Assembly (NCBI GenBank): GCA_016839765.1
Contig: JAEOTP010000015.1
Coordinates: forward strand, 15,978-79,977
Direction: 5' to 3'
Source: Promethearchaeota archaeon
GTDB lineage: Archaea > Asgardarchaeota > Lokiarchaeia > Sigyniarchaeales > SOKP01
Length of the DNA: 64,000 bases
The notes beneath the pieces were generated by a model. It was not told where the DNA came from, did not search any database, and worked only from the letters and a program-made list of their open reading frames with translations. The position numbers and the translations under genes were made by a program. Below, in pieces: positions 56,401 to 62,900 of the stretch (positions are counted from its first letter, which is position 1; every line of letters begins with the position of its first letter).

Positions 56401-58987
56401 AACTATTTCGACTTTTTTAAGAATTAGTAGCTTAATCACAGTATTGCTTTATTTTGAAATAGCTGTTCTAATTTTTGTGGTATTAAATGAGTTCTTGGTA
56501 TTAGAAATTACGATAAATATTGTAGCATTCTTTGGAACTTTATTTCTATTATCATTTCTAGATATTATTTTATTGAAAAGAGTGAATAAGAAAATAATTT
56601 ACCCAATTAACATTCTCAGCTACTTATTTATTTCAATTAGCTTTTTTATCTTTTTCAATCAATTTTTAGCTATAAATGTGCAATTAATCTTCTTAAATCT
56701 AATAATATTATTCACACTGCAGTTCTATACCGTTTATATTATTTTTGCTTTCTTAAAACAATATGAGAGTTTTGATAAGGATAAATTAAGTACTTATCGC
56801 AAAATTATTCAAACAATTCAAGTAAATATTATATTTTTCATTATGGGTTTATTTGGATCCTCTTATTTCACAACACTTATCTTAGATAGTGAACCGATTC
56901 TTAGTGGGCTGCCTTCAATTTTCCTATTCTTAATGATATTTACTTTCATACTTTTTACTCTTAATCATATAGTTAGGAATAAATTTAGGCAACACATTTT
57001 ATTTGGATACTATATCATATTTTTCATTAATTTCGCATTCTTTTGGGTCTCTTTTATAATTATTTTTAATCTGATTAACACGCTTTCCATTAGTCTATTA
57101 TTATTTACTATTACAATATTAATTTCTTATCTTGTTTATTCAGTTGGTAATATTTACAAGGAAAAAGTAAAAATAGGGCAAATTAATAAAATATATTCAT
57201 TAATCATCTTCTTTCTTTACTTAGAGATTTCAATAATCCTCTTTGGATTATCTTATATATATCTTAATATATTTGAAAGCATTCTTATTTCACAAATAGC
57301 CTTATTTTTGATTTCCATAATGGAAAGGTATATAATACGAAAAGTTAAAACTACTATAGTTTTTATCCTCCATACAATAAGTTATTTTAATATTAGCTGG
57401 TCTCTCTTTGTTGTTATATTTCAATTTACTCAAAATATTTTTGATTTAAATCTAATTTTCTTTATTCTTATGCAGTTTTATACAAATAATTCGTATTTTA
57501 TTACTAGATCTAAATTTAATTTATCTAAAGAACCTGATTTTAAGAAGTGGAAGCTAATTAGACAGAAAGTAATTGGATCTTGTTTTTATTTAACTTTATT
57601 ATTATATATTCTAAATTATTTAATACTCGTTATTACCGAAATTCAATTAATTATTTTAATTTTAGGCGTAATAATTCATGGATTAATGTATATTGATAAG
57701 TTTATCTTTAAATTCTTAGCTGAACTTTCAAAGTATGTAATAATTTTCTCAATTTTCTTGATATTAGGCACCTCATTTTTATATTCTTTAGGTTGGGTTT
57801 TTATTTTTTCATTTCAAATAATCCCCTTAATAATTCTTTTAGTTTTACTCGAAATAACATATCTCATAAAATTATTTGAATTATGGGACGTTAAAAAAGT
57901 CAACTTTTCTAAAATTAGAAATCCCTTGATAAATTTGTACTATATGAACTTTTTAATATGGCCGTTTTTTTATTTAGGCTTCGAAATTTTTAATATCTTA
58001 GCTATAATGTTGATCTTTTCAATTATCTTGATATTTTTATCTGTAATAGATATACGTATCAATACAATTAATCAAAAATTAAGAATAACAATATTAAAGA
58101 CTGGTTATATTATGTTTGTCTCATTATTATCTTTAGAAATATTTTTCTTTCTGGAATTTGTAATTCAACCAAATCTTCTATTCAATTTTTCAGTATCAGG
58201 ATTATTTTTCCTCATTACAATTGGATTCATAATAAAGCCATTCAAAAGACATAGAGCTCTTTCATTCTTTTATTGGTTATCTATTTTTTCACTGATAAGT
58301 CTAATAATATATTTTGCTTATTTAAGTGGTTGGAGTTTCACAGTATTGCTAGTGGGCATTGTATTATATCCTTTCATATTTATGCTTGAAGAATTAAAAG
58401 AATTATTTAACCATTTGTTAGAATACCTTCATAAGTTTATTTTAAAGATTAAACGCATTATATCTTTTGTTTATAGAAAATTTATTAATTTCCTTAAAAA
58501 TAACTTTAGAATAATCCAGATAATACTCTCTATATTTATTGGAGCAATAACAGGTATAACTTTCTCAGATATGGTATTAAACATCTTAGATCTATATCAT
58601 GCAACACTGCTATCTCTTGCTACCTTTGGAATTGCTTATGCTATTACAGATTACGTCTGGTATCATACGTACGTTAAAAAATTAGGTGATATTAAACAGA
58701 TATTTAGGCAAAAATTAAAAATCTTTATTATAATATGGATAAGTTTTTCCAGCTTTATTTTTGCTTTAATATTACCTATAATAGAATCTATTCTGTATCA
58801 AATTTTCCTTATTTTAATACCATTTTGGGGATTAGGTGCGATATTAATCTGGGTCGTAAATAGAAAAGAAGCTAAAGAAAAAATTTCAGTTAAAGTGAGA
58901 TTTTTTATTACCTTATCTACAATAATCTTATTTATTGTGTGGATAGGTATTATATTGCTTTGGTACTTTACTGAGGTTCAAACTTAA
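50471..58987 (+). CDS. Giant (2,838 aa) polytopic integral membrane protein with internal repeats, unknown function
   Basis: An uninterrupted 8.5-kb frame in AT-rich DNA. The translation is nearly continuous 20-25-aa hydrophobic segments separated by short basic/polar loops. Diverged repeats are visible (see finding). Confidence 0.85.
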   Translation: MESKNIKKSSERIEKATTFLTRLWWFFLFLIGIPLVIATVSYFIIQYIIKDVYFSIGLAVIVYMFSIFFFYKSFDQYRKKPLFINNQNNLSARIHILFIVSILSLVVTPIFILVAPQGYYFELFPLISFCLLYNIIYYYYYFQPVEYFDVSESRFKRKLSFKSTLKQFHNIVILINFIIHVFFLIYTYYTKLLWLILVTLVTNIFFYIFTLLSTIKLKKKIRDAIEKGVLFQEYIIKFKQKFSVSIISLSFLLLIQLPFDILLFNTLSGVVYTNLDYILFAFGAIIFIFLYLKLRIYISIHYKRNLLILNGNKLNNSNQEPSDFLIKYQKWNMILSIFFIVFTSLFSLGINFPIIIVISIPVIIISTYFEQKANYCPKKYSRYVYLLSSVILLGFGIFWILPSFFDTLSLEIQLIIFLVSFYLDLQIFIQYDYFDRNKIIFIQHLLAFTCFLVITYSFYPIISSIYFDFLIEPLLINIVNILFYALLSLLALLGTFYYLYFRYFRKNQWKSFNLILNITIISIEILLFALISLKIFISMDVIAFINYVLVFTILLPLIFDLFIGFNYILGINTAKKSFKQLYSSSWILVLMIFTFIFYFTFNNFIFLIADLLYLSALSQILLKFGEEIDQISHETFSKVMKFNSVFIIIEISCLIFSISYINFAFIGIINNILLSCYITLIFNAFLCNILKEKLFSKSIVVLINEICLLFTTGLTFYYLYQYTFGSYYIYVLPILFSSLFFFLPIYYTKSLKKYPNLIKNITTVASIVFSISLSLIPTILSLEFVRLGKYVDLITIFNLTAFIIYGILLFIIAFSRKLKIREKRIKLVLIIQILIEFILAVTAVFYYVSIALKGTLFEYSVPLVATSAFLFIPFIFLYKKQFIGIKINKLLLFSNFIFLWGSIISIPSIYSIEFFRLGNYLEFYYMLIIIIVLFYGFLKFLYPLSKYIEIKDKFNYIIYTLQIFTWFIITIAISLIIPFNFLIQSLNWLNTLVVCSTFLLFFGLNIINLPQIENFKQIVFENKKSKLDFYKIYKIYEYYKNIIYFGLIFSVSSLIYSLIQSLNLPYLIFQSSNSLMTISFDLGIFSGISLIIFHLSNLLIEIEFRKTKEIIETLLWLAIKFNLLLIISLFPFQISIINRIFLIILIFTVLSPITIKFFRNHFIILEETYLNTKKIIGILFFISLLGFFLDFLWNIYISVPYFWSNTYVLLSLIISIALLFSNYYFSVFNDYIEKKSELNIYGLYFQSFLIFIILLFMNIGPSLVLLVIIFIILYRKRIRNIYLRLVNYLVGSYVCLIVVNIFIISFDLLSTFIYIHPGFYVCVYILSFILILFISIILNIKKINVLEEYLLDLLIPSLIFTSILIFNLIPLFYNITVSVAILLLLLSIFFYRQEDKRYIWFIRPCALLFLFDLISISSYFIIFSLPLYYEYNLILSSTLTFSIIGFCFALFFHDLRGKLKRRLISIILILSVASSFTFSYLLLKISFSLTLSDIYPWIIAGNIAIILSYIAIGIYQWKISWAIWKAGYWIWIFTPIINYLIIAESFTEINIYTNALNFFGIPIYGSHLIAFVICLLISLPFWYTWIKEHFNQVLFIIWGLSLFLIYWFSQNAFFGSTFLINLSFVGISIIFLMPIFYRLRLWKILSILWLAFTSILTIFVSYLFLETKLGLDMIISMDLILIGFLFIIFSFFPNIRALKNIVLIIAYSIAITGIFLTILNLIFSITYNLPVSINMSFIIIAFSLFTSRILKLNRKLFNFLISTILTINFSLLTFFTFSLIPNFELFALFFAISVCGGSLLIFNRYRMISPIKKIIPLMILSTGVALTLSSLIYIFIPNSFFIVSATFIAVILLLNYPTLEYIRHILLYLVPIPFCLVILHFLSLIGLFQPLLNLILIGLILYTSIFQIFTYLKYGTVKIVNLLSFILNSTYLSLLITILSPVTILYQILEFCIIWSILIIFCINYLERAGQELVKEKTISTFLRISSLITVLLYFEIAVLIFVVLNEFLVLEITINIVAFFGTLFLLSFLDIILLKRVNKKIIYPINILSYLFISISFFIFFNQFLAINVQLIFLNLIILFTLQFYTVYIIFAFLKQYESFDKDKLSTYRKIIQTIQVNIIFFIMGLFGSSYFTTLILDSEPILSGLPSIFLFLMIFTFILFTLNHIVRNKFRQHILFGYYIIFFINFAFFWVSFIIIFNLINTLSISLLLFTITILISYLVYSVGNIYKEKVKIGQINKIYSLIIFFLYLEISIILFGLSYIYLNIFESILISQIALFLISIMERYIIRKVKTTIVFILHTISYFNISWSLFVVIFQFTQNIFDLNLIFFILMQFYTNNSYFITRSKFNLSKEPDFKKWKLIRQKVIGSCFYLTLLLYILNYLILVITEIQLIILILGVIIHGLMYIDKFIFKFLAELSKYVIIFSIFLILGTSFLYSLGWVFIFSFQIIPLIILLVLLEITYLIKLFELWDVKKVNFSKIRNPLINLYYMNFLIWPFFYLGFEIFNILAIMLIFSIILIFLSVIDIRINTINQKLRITILKTGYIMFVSLLSLEIFFFLEFVIQPNLLFNFSVSGLFFLITIGFIIKPFKRHRALSFFYWLSIFSLISLIIYFAYLSGWSFTVLLVGIVLYPFIFMLEELKELFNHLLEYLHKFILKIKRIISFVYRKFINFLKNNFRIIQIILSIFIGAITGITFSDMVLNILDLYHATLLSLATFGIAYAITDYVWYHTYVKKLGDIKQIFRQKLKIFIIIWISFSSFIFALILPIIESILYQIFLILIPFWGLGAILIWVVNRKEAKEKISVKVRFFITLSTIILFIVWIGIILLWYFTEVQT

Positions 58988-59022
58988 GAAGGTTTTTGTA
59001 TAAAAAATTAAAAATAATGAAA

Positions 59023-59184
59023 TTATAGATTTTTCTTTTTCCAATCCCTTAAAAAATCTTTAAATTCCCCATCCTTTATGCCAATAGAATTTTTTTTAGG
59101 TTTTTCAGTAACAGAATTATGATTGGGAGCATTTTTCTTAAAATTTAATGTCCAATCATAATAAGAGACTGCTTTTGATGACAT
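59023..59184 (-). CDS. Unlisted 53-aa ORF (weak)
   Basis: My translation is MSSKAVSYYDWTLNFKKNAPNHNSVTEKPKKNSIGIKDGEFKDFLRDWKKKNL. There is no supporting motif. Confidence 0.2.
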   Translation of the reverse strand: MSSKAVSYYDWTLNFKKNAPNHNSVTEKPKKNSIGIKDGEFKDFLRDWKKKNL

Positions 59185-59341
59185 AATTTTAGATCTCTAT
59201 TTTAATAAAATAAATTACAACAGAGTGCCAGATTTCTAAAAAAATTGATAGTTACAATATTAATAAAAATAATATAAAAAGCCTAAATAGGATGTTGAAT
59301 TGATATTTTATACTTTTCAAGTATTTTAACTGTGATTTATT

Positions 59342-59887
59342 ATGGGAGAAGAACAAGATAATACGAAAATAAATGTAAAAGATTGGATAATCATTAGTAC
59401 TACTATGATAGGAGCAGTTTTAACTATTCTTGCTCTAATTTGGCAACTTAAACCCTCTTATGGGATTATTACGGTTACTTTTCTGTTATTACTTTCATTT
59501 ATATTATTTGTTAACTCGGTATCAGCAAATTCTAAAGCAAATTTTGAAATTAGGGCAAAAAAGATTCCAGAAAAACAAATATATAGGTTTGTATCCTTTG
59601 CTGAATATACATTTGGCCTTGGTTTTACTTTTGTTATAACTGCATTTTCTCTGCTTGGTTACAAATATTTTATAGATTTCGTAGGACGCACTTTAATCGC
59701 ATTGGTTTTACCAATTTCTTTTATGGTAACAGCTTGGTTTATGATTTTTATATATAACACAATAAATTATTCTGGAAAGCCATTTAAGAGTATTAGAAGC
59801 TTAAAACGAAATTTATGGATAATACTAGAATTAAGCAGTTTAGCCTTTATAATATTGGATTTCTTTGAAATTATTTTAATTCCATAA
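59342..59887 (+). CDS. Membrane protein (about 5 TM segments), unknown function
   Basis: 181 aa with hydrophobic segments (WIIISTTMIGAVLTILALIW, IITVTFLLLLSFILFV, and others). Confidence 0.5.
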   Translation: MGEEQDNTKINVKDWIIISTTMIGAVLTILALIWQLKPSYGIITVTFLLLLSFILFVNSVSANSKANFEIRAKKIPEKQIYRFVSFAEYTFGLGFTFVITAFSLLGYKYFIDFVGRTLIALVLPISFMVTAWFMIFIYNTINYSGKPFKSIRSLKRNLWIILELSSLAFIILDFFEIILIP

Positions 59888-59906
59888 ACTTTTTTTTATT
59901 ATTAAT

Positions 59907-60065
59907 CTAAATAACAACAGAATAAACTCGTTTTGGTCTACCTGCTTTCTCACCTTTTATAATTTCTTCCTTAATTAATCCCTGATTAATTAATAAGTCA
60001 AGAATTTCTCTTAATTTTGCGCCTCCAATTTAAATTAAATTGCCTTTTGTCAGCTCTTTTCTCAA
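59907..60065 (-). pseudogene. Remnant of a small winged-helix DNA-binding gene with an in-frame TAA
   Basis: Minus-strand translation: (TTG)RKELTKGNLI*IGGAKLREILDLLINQGLIKEEIIKGEKAGRPKRVYSVVI*. The 'GLI...GRPxxxY' pattern is typical of ArsR/MarR-type wings. The stop is at 60030-60032. Confidence 0.35.
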
Positions 60066-60120
60066 TTTAAATATTGTCTGAAAAAAGGAAATCTTTAAAT
60101 ATCCTATATACGTTATATCA

Positions 60121-60150
60121 GTCACTGGTAGTCCAGTAACTGGTAGTCCA
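60121..60150. promoter_or_regulatory. Tandem 15-bp direct repeat (GTCACTGGTAGTCCA / GTAACTGGTAGTCCA) containing ACTGG/CCAGT dyads, upstream of the PadR gene
   Basis: Read directly, 14/15 identical. ACTGG-N4-CCAGT-N1-ACTGG-N4-CCA forms overlapping palindromes ending 56 nt before the padR-like ATG. It is a plausible autoregulatory operator. Confidence 0.45.
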
Positions 60151-60205
60151 ATAACCGATATTAATACTAGTTATTAAAACAATTATCTATGAGTTTGAGT
60201 TAAAC

Positions 60206-60784
60206 ATGGTTGAAAATTATCACAAAAATTTTGAAAAAGTGATGAAAAAAAACTTTACCAATATTTTTGTTCTTTCTATCCTTGAAAATAGTCCTTCTCA
60301 TGGTTATAAAATAGGGAATGAAATTGAAAAGCGCACCTTAGGAATGTGGAATCCGTCTGCATCGACACTATATTGGATATTAAATAACTTAAGGGAAAAA
60401 AAATTTATAAAACTCCTTGAAGAAGATAAAAATAAGAAAGTTTATGAAATTACAGACACAGGCAGAGAAACTTTAAAATTAATGAAATTAACTCAACGAA
60501 AGATAAGAAAAACTTATCGTCGTTTCCTTTCAACATCCATAACAAATGGGGGTTCAGTTGATCCAGAGGAGCTTGAGCACTTTGATGATGTTCCATCAAT
60601 CCAAATGTTACCGACCGCACTAAAACCAGATAAATTTAAGGAATTAACTCTTAATGAAAGATTCCAGCTTCTAGAAGCTCAAAGAGCATCAATTATAGAA
60701 AATCGAGATCGAATGAATGATTATATCAAGGACTTCGATGAAACAATCTTAAAAGTCAAAAGAGAATTGGAAAAAGAGGGGTAG
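60206..60784 (+). CDS. PadR family transcriptional regulator with an extended C-terminal helical domain
   Basis: 'ILSILENSPSHGYKIGNEIEKRT...WNPSASTLYWILNNLREKKFI...KKVYEITDTGRETL' is the PadR winged-helix pattern. Confidence 0.8.
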   Translation: MVENYHKNFEKVMKKNFTNIFVLSILENSPSHGYKIGNEIEKRTLGMWNPSASTLYWILNNLREKKFIKLLEEDKNKKVYEITDTGRETLKLMKLTQRKIRKTYRRFLSTSITNGGSVDPEELEHFDDVPSIQMLPTALKPDKFKELTLNERFQLLEAQRASIIENRDRMNDYIKDFDETILKVKRELEKEG

Positions 60785-60834
60785 AGATCTCAACCAGGAA
60801 AATTTAGAAAAATAAAAAATAGAAGAGAGTTGAT

Positions 60835-61812
60835 ATGAAATTGAGTATTGACCAAAATAAAAAAAGAATATTTTTTCTTACTTTTCTTATCTCTTATAAA
60901 TGTACAAATGAATGTAAGCATTGTGCAATTCCAGGTTCTCCAAATCAAGACGACATTTCAATGGAATTAGGGGATGTAAAAAGATATTTGGATGATATTA
61001 CCTCTAATTATATAGTTGATGAAGTCGGTTTTTTTGGAGGAGAGCCACTACTTAACTTTAATTTACTAGTGAGCCTCATTGAAGAAGTGAAAAAATTTAA
61101 TATTCCAAAGATTGGATTACCCACCAATGGCTATTGGGGAAAAAATGATTTAACTGCAAAGAAATACGCTCTAAAATTAAAAGAAGCGGGGTTGAATCAA
61201 ATTGGTTTTAGCGTTGACGCATTTCATCAAGAATTTATTCCACTCGATGTAGTGAGACGAGCAATAAAAGCTGCTCATGAAGTTGGAATTGAATGGATAG
61301 GTTTGGTATCCCAAATTCTAGGACCTGAAAATGAAAATAATCAATTTAATGAACAAACCAAAAACATTACTGATATCCTTTCAAAAGAGTTTGAGTTTTG
61401 CGAAGTAATAAAAAGTGAGTTACAAGTAAGAGGTCGAGCAGCAAACCAACTTACAGAATATTTCCCAATGATGACAATACCTTCAGATAGGTGTCTTATT
61501 TTTAAGGTTCCGATGTTTATGATTGATCCCAATGGATGGGTTTTTCATCAATTATGTCATGGAATTTGTATCGGGAATGCCAATACAAATTCCTTATCCG
61601 AAATAATAAGTGATTTTAACTATAGAAAACATCCGATAATAGGTAAGTTAGTAGCGAAAGGAGGACCTAAAAATCTTCTTGACATTGCGATTGAAAAAGG
61701 ATATGAGCCACTAAATGGGTATGCAGACAAATGTCATCTTTGTTTTAGTGCACGGAATTTTCTCCGTCCTTTTTATCCAAATATCCTCGAACCTTCAAAT
61801 TTGTACTTCTAA
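60835..61812 (+). CDS. Radical SAM protein, unknown substrate
   Basis: 'YKCTNECKHCAI' (CxxxCxxC) and 'FFGGEPLLNF'. C-terminal Cys residues (CHGICIG, CHLCF) may bind an auxiliary cluster. Confidence 0.75.
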   Translation: MKLSIDQNKKRIFFLTFLISYKCTNECKHCAIPGSPNQDDISMELGDVKRYLDDITSNYIVDEVGFFGGEPLLNFNLLVSLIEEVKKFNIPKIGLPTNGYWGKNDLTAKKYALKLKEAGLNQIGFSVDAFHQEFIPLDVVRRAIKAAHEVGIEWIGLVSQILGPENENNQFNEQTKNITDILSKEFEFCEVIKSELQVRGRAANQLTEYFPMMTIPSDRCLIFKVPMFMIDPNGWVFHQLCHGICIGNANTNSLSEIISDFNYRKHPIIGKLVAKGGPKNLLDIAIEKGYEPLNGYADKCHLCFSARNFLRPFYPNILEPSNLYF

Positions 61813-61953
61813 ACCTATAAAGTTAGAGAAATTATAATTTCTTAATAATCCAAGAAGAACAAATCCAAAAAATATGAAAACTATAATATAACAAGCTTTT
61901 ATTTAACTCTTTTTTTTTATTACATTATTAATTTAAATTTGTCAAAAAGGTGA

Positions 61954-62292
61954 ATGAATATTCAAGAATTTAATAAATCAAGAAAAATAATAATGGATAA
62001 AATGAAAGAGAAAGACCAATTTTTTAAGGATTTTGGTAAGCTTGATGATAGGGCATTCTCAGATGGTTTTATCCCTAAAAAATATAAAGAATTAACTATG
62101 ATTTCTATATCAATTGTTACAAAATGTAAGGAATGTATCTCCTACCACATTCAAGAGAGTGTTAATAGGGATTCTAGCCCTTCAGAAATAGTAGACGCAA
62201 TAAAAATGGGGATGATGGCAGGTGGTTCCACAACCTATCCATATGTAAGACATGCGTTTAACACCTTAATTGAATTAAAAGTATTAGAATAA
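61954..62292 (+). CDS. Carboxymuconolactone decarboxylase / AhpD-like family protein
   Basis: 112 aa. 'TKCKECISYHIQES' is the CxxC..H motif of AhpD-like proteins. Confidence 0.7.
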   Translation: MNIQEFNKSRKIIMDKMKEKDQFFKDFGKLDDRAFSDGFIPKKYKELTMISISIVTKCKECISYHIQESVNRDSSPSEIVDAIKMGMMAGGSTTYPYVRHAFNTLIELKVLE

Positions 62293-62900
62293 TCGTAAGG
62301 GTAAATGCCTTATTTTTATATAAAATAAATTTAGGGGTTAAAATTTTAAAAGAGAAAAGGTTCGAGAAGCTACAATGACAACCAAAAGGTCTTCGCGACA
62401 ACCAAAAGATTGTTATTGTGTGGTAATGTCTTCCTTTCCTAGGATGGGAAAGCTCAATATATTACTAATACTTCAAATCAAAATACGGTATGGAAAGAAT
62501 CATCATCCGTAAGAATAATCGCTTACTCCTATGAACGATATTATCGTTTGATAACTTCACCAATTCGTTAGAATAGGCCAGATTAATATCAAATACAAAC
62601 CAAAAGGCTGATATTTTTAATTCCGATCGTGTTTATAACGCACAATCACCTTTCATATCGCTATTGATTATCTGTGGACCAATGCATTGAGGTTACATTA
62701 CCTCTTCTCGACGTTCACATCAAAGATGTGAACAATTATAATTGTGATAAGTTTATATTTAAATAAACCTATTAACGGGTTATTAAAGAAAAATGTCGCT
62801 AGATCTAAACTATATTTTTTTTAAGTCGGAATTCAACTTTACTTTCTTAATCAGGATTATGTTGTCAAAAAAGACATTAACTAAATCTATCTTTAAATTT

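Noticed and set aside
62490-62520. Minus-strand 'GGATGATGA' resembling a C box of a C/D sRNA
   Set aside because: No CUGA D or D' box occurs within the next ~70 nt on that strand.
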